A stretch of DNA of 48,411 nucleotides. Origin: a virus (taxonomy: Duplodnaviria; Caudoviricetes). The position numbers were made by a program, and so were the translations under genes. The stretch covers positions 1 to 48,411 of the IMG/VR virus record IMGVR_UViG_3300009086_000027; one strand, 5' to 3'. Positions 26,221 to 36,400 of this stretch are shown in pieces; the first letter of the stretch is position 1; every line of letters begins with the position of its first letter. Under the pieces are notes generated by a model, which saw only the letters and a list, made by a program, of their open reading frames with translations, did no database searches and was not told the DNA's origin.

Positions 26221-26229
26221 TTGTTTTCC

Positions 26230-27111
26230 TTATACGATTGTGACCGCACAGCCGGCAGACACGGTTAGCACGATACCAGATGCAATAGTAATAGGCCCTG
26301 CGGCCATAGAGTTAAACCCGGCAGGAGTTGTGTGATCTTCGGTGAGAGTTTGAGCAGAGTCATAAAATATACCCTTTTTCCCTAGACCGCCAGTGGGCTC
26401 GAAGTTTCCATCAGAATCCAGTGTAGCTACAAGAACAAAATCAACACCGTTGTTAGCGAAAAACTGTAGTGTCGTAGTGTCTAAATCAGTGACAATGAAG
26501 TTTGGGCTTGTAATGCCTTTTGCGTTATTTGCTGAGCCCGTAATGCTTATCGGCCAAGTTCCTGTAGCTCCGGTCCCATCCGCTTTGGGGGCGCCTATAG
26601 TGTTATAAGAAATAGTTCTTGCCGTACCACCGTTAAACGTCGTTCCAGAAGCCGCGCCAGACCCGCCGTTATTAAACGTAACCGACTGGTTTGTATTTAC
26701 ATTTATTGCAGCAGAACCGTCGAAAGATACGCCGTTAATATTGCGCGCAGTGGCTAGCTTAGTAGCAGTACCAGCGTTACCGGTGATGCCGCCAGAAACT
26801 TTTGAGCCAGCAATAGACGTTATCCACGCAGGGTCGGCGTAGGAGCCGGTAGTAACAACCCCGTTAGTAACGGTGCCAGCGTTACCAGAAATAGAAATCG
26901 CGTAAGTAGTAGCTAAGTCACCCCACGCGGCACCAGACCATTTTTGCCACTTGTTGTTGTTAGCACTCCACCGTACTGCGTTCGTCGGTAAGTTTGTAGG
27001 TGTTGTCGTAGCGTCAGAAAGCCCGAGCGTAAGATCGTCCAGACGTGCGTCAAGCTCACTAACAAAATTAGTGTAGGTACTTGCGAGAGCCGGTTTATTA
27101 TGATCTGCCAT
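26230..27111 (-). CDS. Short tail fibre
   Basis: GNAGTATKLATARNINGVSFDGSA fibre motif; AGPITI C-terminus. Confidence 0.8.
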   Translation of the reverse strand: MADHNKPALASTYTNFVSELDARLDDLTLGLSDATTTPTNLPTNAVRWSANNNKWQKWSGAAWGDLATTYAISISGNAGTVTNGVVTTGSYADPAWITSIAGSKVSGGITGNAGTATKLATARNINGVSFDGSAAINVNTNQSVTFNNGGSGAASGTTFNGGTARTISYNTIGAPKADGTGATGTWPISITGSANNAKGITSPNFIVTDLDTTTLQFFANNGVDFVLVATLDSDGNFEPTGGLGKKGIFYDSAQTLTEDHTTPAGFNSMAAGPITIASGIVLTVSAGCAVTIV

Positions 27112-27113
27112 GT

Positions 27114-29228
27114 TTAAAATCCTCGTACCTGATAACTTGCTTCGCCAGACACTTGCACGCCGGTGTTGTTAAACAGCAGTATGTCAAAGCTGAGTGGGTA
27201 TGTTGTATCCACAAAATCGTAGATGGCAATTAGGGGCGTAGTTGACAGAGCCGTTACGGTAATAGAGTCTACATCAATAAAAATCTTTTCGCCACCACTT
27301 GTTCGGTTGTCGGTTAAGTAAACGGTAGTACCAGAGCTAGAGACCGTAACGGTGCCGGTCTGGGTTTTTAACTTCGTATCTAGCTTAACTTCCAAGTCTT
27401 CGAGGCGTAAAACATCAGAGTCGTCAGCTCCAGTCACTTCGATGAGAACCCGGACATACCTAAAATTAACTGCATACGCAGACGTTACATTGGGGAAAGT
27501 TTGGAGATTAGACGTAAACGCAGCGTCTAAAGCTGCCTGAATAGTTACTTGAGTCGTTGGAACGCTACCGTTATCTGCAACCGTCGTCGTGCGGTACGCC
27601 ACGGTAATTTTCATCGCTGGCAAAATCGTCTCGGCGTCAAAGTCTTGGCGGAAAGACCCGGTTACCGCACCGGGCTGTATAAAAACTGGGTATCCAGCGG
27701 ATACCTGTGCGGAAGGACCTGTCCAAGATCGGCTAGTAAAGTGGGTTTGCCACGTCTCCGATGTGTTTACCGGCAGTAAGAGCGTACCGTCGGCGTCGAC
27801 AATCGCGTTAGTTTTTGTACCGAGGGTAAAGTTGGCGAGGAATCTATCTGCTAAAACGTAATCCGGCGGTTGTGAAACCGTAGCCACAACACTTGATGCC
27901 AAGCCATAGAACCCACCGGTATCCACAGCGGCCAGCCAGTAGGTGTAAGTCACCGTTGTTTGCGGTGCTTCAAATACAGTAGTGAAGCCGCCGTCTTTTT
28001 TACCTACAAGCTCAGCAGTCTCCCAAGTAGCGCCGCGTCGTAGCTCATAAGAGATGATGGGTAGCGACCCCGGTACGTTCCCCCACCGAAATAAAACATT
28101 GTTGTCAATAACTTGCGTAGTCAGATTAATAACTGAACCGGGGAGAACCTGAACATCTACTTCACGCGCAATACCTAGGTTACCAGCGGTATCTATGCTG
28201 CGGACAAAAAACTGTCGGTACGAGCCACTCCATCCGGTGACTTTAGTTCGATAGACCGTAGCGTATTGCTCAGACAATAAGTTATTAACAACGACACTAT
28301 CTTGATAAACTTCGTACCGGTCAATAGGTAAGCTGCCTCCCGTGGTGTCTGTCCAGTTTAGTACGAGGTGTTCGCCGTTAAACTCAAAAGAAACCGTTGG
28401 GGCTGTTGGGGGCGTAACAGAAACAACTAGTTCAGTTGCAGAACTTTCATTTTTGCCGATGTCAATAGCAGTAATACGGAAATTTCTATCGCCAGACCAA
28501 CTTACGCGAAAACGATGAGAGTTACCGGTGACAATATCAAACTGGACCCACAATCCGTCTAGTTGATACTCAATACGATACTGAGCCACAGCTATGTTGC
28601 TTGTTGGGCTGGGCCATGATAAGTCTACGTCAGCGCCCACGAAGGCATAAGACAGCGTAGTAGCTGAAGGACCGACAGAGGTAGGCGTGCCGTTTACGCT
28701 ATTGTAGGGGCCTGCGAGTAGGTTATATGCAACGTCGCGTATCCAGTAATAGTATGTTGTACCCGGCGGGGGGAGGCTGTCTAAGAAAGTGTTTCCGCTT
28801 GTAGAGCCGATAAGCACTTTGACATCTAAATCGTTCGTGGTAGCCCGCCACACTTCGGTGTGGGCATACTGGTCAAAAGCGCTGGTGTCCCACGTCAGGG
28901 CTGTACCCGCAATGTCGTCAGTACCTACGACAAGCCCCGTGGGGGCTGGAGGAGCAGTATCAGATGTAATCCACGTGGGGATGGTAGCTTGAACCACCCC
29001 TAAAAGCTGCTCAGCGGTGTATTGTTTCCCGCCTATAGTTGTAAGGCCATCCTTAATTTTCAGAATACCTGTGTCAAGTAAGTCCTGAAAAGTAGGGGAC
29101 GCATCGAGGGCTGAGCCACGCTGATTTAAGCGGACTTCTAACGCTTCTTTTATTGACGCTAGAAACTGCCTAAGCGCCGGACTCGTGTCAACCGGAAGCG
29201 AAGGGATCGAGACTGGTTTATACGTCAT
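27114..29228 (-). CDS. Tail protein with tandem FnIII/Ig-like domains
   Basis: Repeated L.W...YE/R....Y.IRAxD.G beta-sandwich units. Confidence 0.75.
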   Translation of the reverse strand: MTYKPVSIPSLPVDTSPALRQFLASIKEALEVRLNQRGSALDASPTFQDLLDTGILKIKDGLTTIGGKQYTAEQLLGVVQATIPTWITSDTAPPAPTGLVVGTDDIAGTALTWDTSAFDQYAHTEVWRATTNDLDVKVLIGSTSGNTFLDSLPPPGTTYYYWIRDVAYNLLAGPYNSVNGTPTSVGPSATTLSYAFVGADVDLSWPSPTSNIAVAQYRIEYQLDGLWVQFDIVTGNSHRFRVSWSGDRNFRITAIDIGKNESSATELVVSVTPPTAPTVSFEFNGEHLVLNWTDTTGGSLPIDRYEVYQDSVVVNNLLSEQYATVYRTKVTGWSGSYRQFFVRSIDTAGNLGIAREVDVQVLPGSVINLTTQVIDNNVLFRWGNVPGSLPIISYELRRGATWETAELVGKKDGGFTTVFEAPQTTVTYTYWLAAVDTGGFYGLASSVVATVSQPPDYVLADRFLANFTLGTKTNAIVDADGTLLLPVNTSETWQTHFTSRSWTGPSAQVSAGYPVFIQPGAVTGSFRQDFDAETILPAMKITVAYRTTTVADNGSVPTTQVTIQAALDAAFTSNLQTFPNVTSAYAVNFRYVRVLIEVTGADDSDVLRLEDLEVKLDTKLKTQTGTVTVSSSGTTVYLTDNRTSGGEKIFIDVDSITVTALSTTPLIAIYDFVDTTYPLSFDILLFNNTGVQVSGEASYQVRGF

Positions 29229-30868
29229 AGACCTTTAAGCTCCTGCGGGCTGTCAGCAACCTGCACGGAAAGCACCTCTGCGGACCCGGTCAATTCGACC
29301 TCTAGAAAGTTAGCCCTATACCCACTCGGCAGCCAAAAAATATCTTTACTAGTCACCGTTTGCGTATGTTTCAACACGTTGTCTGCGTATAGCCTAAAAG
29401 TCACTGGGTAAGTAACTGCAACAACTTGTGCGCAAGCGGGGTTTGTGGGAGAAGTAGTTTCTATCTTCCCGGACTTCCATGTATAGGCTAGAGGCGTACT
29501 AGTAGCGTGCCACTTAACAATCGTAGCGCCAGTTTTTAGATATAGGGCGTCTTGGATTAAATCAGAGTACCCAGCCGTTGCATAAAAGTCAAGCGTCGTA
29601 AACGCGCCTGTGCCTTGCGCAGGATCAAAAATAAACCCAGCTTGGGTTGTACCTGTGTTGTAGAAGCAGAAATAACGCCCGTCGTGGAAATATCCGTGCA
29701 TACTGCTTGGGTTCAAATCCTGCCACTCGTCGCGGGAAAATAAGGGCGCAGTTAAATTAACCACTTGCCCGCTGCCAGACACCATCATAAGGCCATCGGG
29801 GGACGCGTACATAACGCCGCTGTCAGTAGCAGCAATAGAGCGTTTAGAGGAGCAAGCCTGCGGGGCTTCTAACTTGACGAGCGAGAGCGCGCTTGGGTCT
29901 GAACCCATCAACAAATAGGGGTGCCCGTTAGTTAAAATAACCGCACTTGTACCTATAGCCGCACCGCCGACAATAGGGTAGTCCACCGACATAGAGTACT
30001 TAGCTGGGTAAGCATAGGGGACGTAAGACTCAGACGGGTAAATATCATAGCCCTTAAAAACAAGCATGATACCGTTAGCCATCTGGGTGATACCGAACGC
30101 GCCGCTAGGAGGAGCGCTCCAGTCTACGGTTTCAATAGTTTCACCCAAATCTGTGCCCAGCTTCGAGTCGGCGTATGTACCCTGCGATATAGGAATTTCG
30201 TCCACTAGTTGGTAGTCTGTTGACAAGCTACCAGAAAGAGTTCTGTAAATGCGCTTAGCAGTGATATGCCCAGTGTAATCAGCAGGGGCCGTTGTGCCCA
30301 AGTTAGTTAGCGTAACAGTGCTGTCTAAAATGTGGGTGTCGATAAGGTTACTAGGGGCGCTAGGCGGGCCCTCATCTCCAGTAGCTGAAACGTATGTGTA
30401 AACGTAGACCCGAGTCTCTGTCAGGCTTTCCGTGTCGCCCTCAGTTGTCACCGCTGCGATAGGGGCTCCGACTGGGCTTGGGTAGCCAAGTTTTCTGGAA
30501 CTTTGAGGGTAGTCACCTGTCCCAGTAGTAACAAGCGTACTATCAGTATATCGAGCGCCCAAGGTAGGGTGAGTAAAGTAAGTCTTCTCGGCAGCGTCAC
30601 CGGAAATAGCGCCCTTGACGACGTTAACATCGGCTGTCCAATTCAACCAATACTGAGTGTCAGAGGTTTGAGACTGGCCAAATCTATAGATGGTAGACGT
30701 TGGGCCAGCAAGAGCGACAGTCGCTACGCTAAGGGGTGAGTTCCACGAAGCCAACGTACCTTTTAAAAGGCGGACGTTGTTAGCCGTCTGAGCCATCTCA
30801 GAAGAGAGTTTGTACGGGGAAAGCCTAGGGGCTATCCCTGAGAACTTTTTTAGCGACAGTACAGCCAT
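29225..30868 (-). CDS. Putative tail nozzle / tubular protein B
   Basis: FSGIAPRL..AQTANNV N-terminus; beta-rich; YTWKSG; position. Confidence 0.7.
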   Translation of the reverse strand: MAVLSLKKFSGIAPRLSPYKLSSEMAQTANNVRLLKGTLASWNSPLSVATVALAGPTSTIYRFGQSQTSDTQYWLNWTADVNVVKGAISGDAAEKTYFTHPTLGARYTDSTLVTTGTGDYPQSSRKLGYPSPVGAPIAAVTTEGDTESLTETRVYVYTYVSATGDEGPPSAPSNLIDTHILDSTVTLTNLGTTAPADYTGHITAKRIYRTLSGSLSTDYQLVDEIPISQGTYADSKLGTDLGETIETVDWSAPPSGAFGITQMANGIMLVFKGYDIYPSESYVPYAYPAKYSMSVDYPIVGGAAIGTSAVILTNGHPYLLMGSDPSALSLVKLEAPQACSSKRSIAATDSGVMYASPDGLMMVSGSGQVVNLTAPLFSRDEWQDLNPSSMHGYFHDGRYFCFYNTGTTQAGFIFDPAQGTGAFTTLDFYATAGYSDLIQDALYLKTGATIVKWHATSTPLAYTWKSGKIETTSPTNPACAQVVAVTYPVTFRLYADNVLKHTQTVTSKDIFWLPSGYRANFLEVELTGSAEVLSVQVADSPQELKGL

Positions 30869-30913
30869 AGTTACCCTTTTACACTAGCTACGCCGATTGT
30901 ACTAGGTAAGCCC

Positions 30914-31378
30914 TTATGCTACTAGTCCCGGCAAATACACAGTTTTGCCGTCCTTTTTAGTGGCTGTCAGAACCTGCTTTTTGTTGTCGCCGGGGTTATA
31001 GCTGACGTGCACCCAGCCTGAATCGGGGATGCCGGGGGTATAAAACTCAAGTATTACTTGTCGGAACTTCATGTGGTCTACGATCCACTTAGCCAAGGCT
31101 GCATTGGCGATACCGGGGATTTCTATGTCGGCAGCCATGCCCTTGCAGTGATCCGAGGTCTTGGAGCCGCCAACTTTGGCGTTGACATCAGGGTGACGGA
31201 AGCCGGAATTCACCTTTACACCCATGCCGTAGTAGTCACGCACAGGCTGCAGAACGCACTCACACAGGGCTGTCAGGTTTGCAATCTCTTCCTCACCGGG
31301 GGTGTTGTCCATATCTAGGCGTAAGGCTGTATCGCTCTTTACCATCTCCGCTAGGCTGAAGTTCTTCGTTAGTTGCAT
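30914..31378 (-). CDS. Endolysin, peptidase M15A
   Basis: NFSLAEM, SGFR, SDHCKGMAADI, WVHVSY. Confidence 0.92.
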   Translation of the reverse strand: MQLTKNFSLAEMVKSDTALRLDMDNTPGEEEIANLTALCECVLQPVRDYYGMGVKVNSGFRHPDVNAKVGGSKTSDHCKGMAADIEIPGIANAALAKWIVDHMKFRQVILEFYTPGIPDSGWVHVSYNPGDNKKQVLTATKKDGKTVYLPGLVA

Positions 31379-31568
31379 TTCCAGTTTCCTTTAGTAACAC
31401 CTCAATACAGGTCACGTCGTAAGCTCGCACATCAGGGTCAGCTTGCATTTTAGCAACGGCCTTGCGGTTGACTTCCTCGCACTCGTATAAGTATCTCTCG
31501 ACGTAAGCTTGGTGAAAGCCACACGCCCCGTTCTGTAAGCAGACGAAGGCGACGGGTATCCACAACAT
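31293..31568 (-). CDS. Hypothetical Cys-containing protein
   Basis: TAATG coupling to the holin; hydrophobic N-terminus; 86-nt overlap with the endolysin. Confidence 0.55.
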   Translation of the reverse strand: MLWIPVAFVCLQNGACGFHQAYVERYLYECEEVNRKAVAKMQADPDVRAYDVTCIEVLLKETGNATNEELQPSGDGKERYSLTPRYGQHPR

Positions 31569-31978
31569 TACTTCTTACCCTTCATGTCGATAATCTTCTC
31601 TAGCGTGCGACCGCCAAAGTAAAACGACATAATCAGCATGCCCCATTGCCCAAGCAGCTCGACGTAGGCAGGGTTCGCATCCTTACCGAAAGCTGACATG
31701 AAAGCAAAGGTGAAGTATCCCAGCAGGATGGCACACAGGGTCATGGGCCGGATGTTCTTAGACAGCCAGCTATCGCTCGCCATGTCCGCCTTCAGGCGGT
31801 CTGTCAGGTTGTTCTGCTCGGTCTCGTAGAGCTTGGTGTCATTAGCCATCTTGGCCAGCTCGCCCTCGTTTTGCATCTTGAGCAGCTCGGCTTGGGCCTT
31901 GGCCTTAGCTTCGGGGTCTGGGATGAGCTTGTCAATCAGCTTACCGCCGATGTCGAGTAGTCCTGCGATTGGTAGCAT
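31568..31978 (-). CDS. Holin (GTA 3TM family)
   Basis: LIDKLIPDP..SDSWLSKNIRP..TM..FYFGGRTLEK. Confidence 0.85.
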   Translation of the reverse strand: MLPIAGLLDIGGKLIDKLIPDPEAKAKAQAELLKMQNEGELAKMANDTKLYETEQNNLTDRLKADMASDSWLSKNIRPMTLCAILLGYFTFAFMSAFGKDANPAYVELLGQWGMLIMSFYFGGRTLEKIIDMKGKK

Positions 31979-31989
31979 ATCAGTCCTCG

Positions 31990-32226
31990 TTAATCTGGAT
32001 TTTTGTTGCTTTTAGTGCCGACCATGATGCCCGACAACGCGCCGACAATAAACGTAGCGATTGGGTTAACCAGTTTGAAAAATTCCGCGTCATTTGGAGC
32101 TTGTCCTACCATCGGTTGGGTTACAAAAACAAGAGAATACAGCACCACGCCAACGATGCCAACTAGCGTCAACGCCATTGTGACGCCGACTACAAAGCGC
32201 AACCACTCATCAAGACTTGGTTTCAT
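31990..32226 (-). CDS. Two-TM membrane protein
   Basis: Two hydrophobic helices linked by TQPMVGQAPND. Confidence 0.75.
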   Translation of the reverse strand: MKPSLDEWLRFVVGVTMALTLVGIVGVVLYSLVFVTQPMVGQAPNDAEFFKLVNPIATFIVGALSGIMVGTKSNKNPD

Positions 32227-32407
32227 AGTGTTCAATCAGGTATTCAGTACAAGTGCCATCTGCTTCGCAGGCTGGCGGGTTACACTCTTTTGAGCGTTGA
32301 TTCGCAGGGTCTTGACAGGGATACCGGTACTGGTCTGAACAGCCAGCGATTGCAAAGACCGCGCACATAGTTACTAACCCAGCACATAACAATAGAGCCC
32401 TCGTCAT
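32210..32407 (-). CDS. Small Cys-rich lipoprotein
   Basis: Signal peptide with lipobox IAGC; YRYPCQDP..C.PP.C...G.C. Confidence 0.75.
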   Translation of the reverse strand: MTRALLLCAGLVTMCAVFAIAGCSDQYRYPCQDPANQRSKECNPPACEADGTCTEYLIEHYETKS

Positions 32408-32880
32408 ACCCCGTTTCGCTTCCATTCAATCGCCGTCGCAACCATGCCCCAGATTGCCCAGATACCTAGACCTAAAACAACTGCAAGCAGGCAGTACATC
32501 ATCACGTCTTTACGGCGCTGGGCTTGGAAGATGATTTCGCGCTCGCGTTTGAGCTTAATCTGACGCTGCATTTGCATAAGCTCGTCAAAGGCTTGTGGCC
32601 CGTAACGTAACTTGACCATGCTCATAAGCTCAAGGTGTTGCTTACGCACAGCCTCACGGCGCTGAAGTTGCTCCATCGCCTCTTGCTCAACAGACTTGCC
32701 GCTGCCGATGCGTTTGAAAATGCTGGGTTTTTTGTTGTCTAGCGCGTTAAGTTCGCTGACTTTACCCATCCACGAGCCGATTTGGCCGAGGACATCCTCG
32801 ACTTCGCGACCAGCCTCTACAAGTTTTTTAACAGTGTTAAAGGCAGCGGTTGCTGCCATGAAGAGGCTGATTGGGTCCAT
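32404..32880 (-). CDS. Coiled-coil protein with C-terminal TM
   Basis: MDPISL.. N-terminus; helical; TM CLLAVVLGLGIWAIWGMV. Confidence 0.75.
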   Translation of the reverse strand: MDPISLFMAATAAFNTVKKLVEAGREVEDVLGQIGSWMGKVSELNALDNKKPSIFKRIGSGKSVEQEAMEQLQRREAVRKQHLELMSMVKLRYGPQAFDELMQMQRQIKLKREREIIFQAQRRKDVMMYCLLAVVLGLGIWAIWGMVATAIEWKRNGV

Positions 32881-32887
32881 CAACTAC

Positions 32888-33049
32888 CTATTCTGGGTTT
32901 TGCTCGGCAAAAGTGGCATCCTGTGGAGCGTTTGCTCTGGCTTCTTGCTGGATAGCTGAAATAAGCTGCGCTACGTCGTTGTATGGACGAGACGCCAAAT
33001 AGCTCAGCACGGCGTTTACAAGGTTTGTGGTTAGAGTGATTTTATCCAT
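32888..33049 (-). CDS. 53-aa hypothetical protein (below ORF-track cutoff)
   Basis: Hand-translated MDKITLTTNLVNAVLSYLASRPYNDVAQLISAIQQEA...; fills the gap in the operon. Confidence 0.65.
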   Translation of the reverse strand: MDKITLTTNLVNAVLSYLASRPYNDVAQLISAIQQEARANAPQDATFAEQNPE

Positions 33050-33073
33050 ATTGGTTGTCTGAGTAAAGAAAAG

Positions 33074-33409
33074 TTACGCCCAAGGGGCTGGTTGGTCTGT
33101 CACAGGCTTTGCAGTCACATCGATAGCACGTTGAATCTGAGCGTTCACATGTTCTTCATAACTATCTGTGACTTGAGACTGAATCCATGCTAACACATCT
33201 GCCTCTGTAAGCTGCTCGAAAGGAATGAACGGCCCAGATTCATCAGTGGGGTCTACAGTAAACGGCGTAGCGCCAGAGAAGAAACCAGTGTTGCCATCTG
33301 CATCCGTCCCATGTTTCTCCCAGTAGGTTTGAACAACCGCTTTAGGGTGGTTAGTGCTAACGTCCTGAACTTTTAGTCCAGTAACTTTCCATGTGTATGT
33401 AATAGTCAT
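33074..33409 (-). CDS. Putative tail fibre chaperone
   Basis: Directly after the long fibre; TYTWKV..FIPFEQLTEADVLAWI..PW. Confidence 0.7.
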   Translation of the reverse strand: MTITYTWKVTGLKVQDVSTNHPKAVVQTYWEKHGTDADGNTGFFSGATPFTVDPTDESGPFIPFEQLTEADVLAWIQSQVTDSYEEHVNAQIQRAIDVTAKPVTDQPAPWA

Positions 33410-33425
33410 TTTTAGTTTCCTTTAG

Positions 33426-36400
33426 TTAAACAACAGTCCAAGCGCTACCGCTGGGGACTGTCACAGTTACCCCTGAGTTAATGGTGATTGGGCCAGCGGA
33501 CATGCCGTTCTTGTTAGTGGTCAGGGTGTAGCTTGCCGTTATTGTTTGGTTGTTTTCGTAGATAACCCCACCAGCAGAGGCGCCCCCAAGCTCAGACGCC
33601 GAGACACCGTTAATCGTGTTAACGTTTAACGCGTTAAGAACAGACGTACTTGCTGGATTCGTATAGTAAGATGTGTTATTGCTATCGTAAAAGATAGGGG
33701 CGCGACTTGAACCGGGGCTCAGTGTGTAGCTTGTGTAAACCCTAAACTCATCGTTACCCCCTGCCGTGAAACCAATGACGTCGGCGCCGTAGCGGTACAT
33801 CCCAGTATTTAGGTCAGCCGTCCACGTAAAGGAAGGACTAGCCGCTGAATCAGCATCAATACCTTGAAACCCACCATTAGTAGTAGATGTTGCGTTAAAG
33901 GTAGCAGCAACCGCTGTTCCAGCAAAGTTAGCAGATGTGCTTGTTGAAGCTGGATCTACATAATACGTAGTATTACTAGAATCATAGAAGATTGCAGAAC
34001 GTAATGAACCGCTATATACCTGCCCACCCTCAGCGCCACCTTGTGCCATTAACACTAGTGGGTGATTAGAGTAAGTTCCAACTCTACCAACACCTTGACC
34101 AGTGTGTGAGTACATTGTGGTAATAATACCATCACTGTTACTAACAACATCAAGTCTAGCATGACTGCTGCCCACCAAATTCATTCTGGCGTTCCAGCCA
34201 CCGTCGTTTGACGAAGCTACGTTACCCGCAAAAATATGGAGTAGTCTTGAACCGCTGTTTGGGTCAGCATAATAACTAGTATCGTTATAATCATAGAAAA
34301 CAGGAGCCTGCATTGCTCCAGTCGCCTTAACGACTCCGTAATCACCGTCTAAACCTACTCTAGCAGTACCACCACCCGCAACATACAGACCCCACCCACT
34401 AAGAACCGTATTGATTCCATCATAGGCTGCATTCGAATGCGAGTAGCCAATACCGTACATATTGACAAGATCACCATCGCTAGGTTGGTAGCTTGAGCCA
34501 ATTGTGTAAATTGGGTTTGTACGGTCGCTGTTGCCACTAACACTGTTGTAAGAACCAACAAGATACCCAGAGCTATGCGATGTGCGACCAATATTGCCGC
34601 TCATGTTTCCGCCAGCTAAGGGGAGTTTAGTGTTATCAGTAGCGCTACCCGCCGATGAAGCGTAGCCAGCGTTGTCAGCGTAACCCACTTGAACATCAGC
34701 GTGACTGCTATCACCATTGTACCCGTAGAGACGCCAATAACTGCCAGTCCAGTAGGTCTGAACACTGTAGTCACTATTATCATCACGGCGGTACAAACGA
34801 GTAACACCACGACTATTACGGCTATCGCTGTTCAGACTTGAGTTGTAAGTAGTTGTGACGTAGTTGCTGTGACTATGCCCCGGTAAAGCCGCATAGGTGC
34901 CTACGTTAGAAGAATCTACGACAGTGCGCCATGCTTGCCATGTGCCGTTGTTCCTTCCACGTAAAGCAATCTGACCAGAACGATAGTCACCAGCAATTTG
35001 ATGTTGCCAAGAATCGCTGTAACGCTGTGAGTACAAGGCTCCATCTGTTGAATTGCCACTGAAGTTTGTAACACCTGCTGTGTAGTAACTAATGCCGTTG
35101 CTATTTATTGTGTCTGCGTTAACAGCGCTGTTGCTGCCAGTGTTCACAAAACCCCATCCATCAATCTGATCCGCCGAGCCTGCTGTAGTAGCATAATCAG
35201 CAGTAGATGCAGAACCCGCTGAGTCAGCGTATCCAGCAGAAATCTTTTGCCATGCTCCTAAGACACCGCCCTCTTCATAGCGAATAGTGATGTATGGGCT
35301 ACTAACGTTTCGAGGGTACGCAATCTGCATACCATATGTGTTGTATGCGTAGTCATTACCAAGTCCAACAAGCTGACTGTAGTATTGAGTTGCGCTGTTT
35401 ACACCAGGGCCGTTGGTTGCACCTTGGACATATCTCCAACCAAAATTTACAGTTGAGGCACCACCTTGAGCATCAAAGGAAGTCCGAGTACTATGGTTGT
35501 CACCCATGTTGTTAAACAACCGATGCTCGTCAGAAATACTATCAATGCTGTGATTATGGCTGTTATCCCCAACAACCGCTGGAATACTAACCGTCCAGTT
35601 CCCAGAGCCATCAACGGAAGCATTGCCTGAACCAGTTACATCACCTGTTAGGGTTACAGTGTTGGTTCTAGGGGTAGTCCACTTGTCGGCGTTAGGGTGG
35701 TAACCATCGTGGAACACGCGGCTACCAAGAACATACAGGTCTGTGTTAAAGTAAAACGCTGGACGATCCGTATAAATATGTGCCCAAGAGGTATTTGCAG
35801 GACCAAAGTCAATATAACCAGAGGGGCTTTGTACTCTGACACTATTCCAAGGGTTATTTGTTAGGTACCCAGTGCCTCCTCCCGGAAAAACGTTTGCGCT
35901 ACTGTCGATAACTTTGGTCGTACTGTAGGTTAGACTATCGGCTGAAAAATCTCTTGTGCCAACGTAGTAACCATTAGAAGAGTTAACAAAGCCATTCCAA
36001 GCATTAATAAGTTTTGACTGGAGTCCGCCGCCGTTTATTACGCCATCGGCACCAAAACTCTGGACACCACCAATATAAACACCGTTTACAGTTGGATTGT
36101 TGTCACTGTAAGCCCAAGCGTTTCCATCTCCGTCAGGGTTTATAGGAATGTATTGACTGTGTGTATGGCCAGTCACAGCATACCTTCCATCAAGATCAAC
36201 AGAGGCTAAACCAGTAACATGACCAAAGCCATCAAGAGTTACATCCTGAATAACAACACCGTTACTGTTATTTACGCTAGCCTGAGTAGAAGTATCTGCG
36301 TGACTTAACGTAATAGAAGTGTTTGTTGACTGGTTAGCCGTACCTAACTGCGCACCTCCAGTAAGACCACTGCCCGTGTTAACAGTTAAATTTCCGTTGC

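Noticed and set aside
33642-34310. Shufflon / invertible tail-fibre segment
   Set aside because: Repeats are direct and diverged at DNA level; no invertase or silent inverted cassettes
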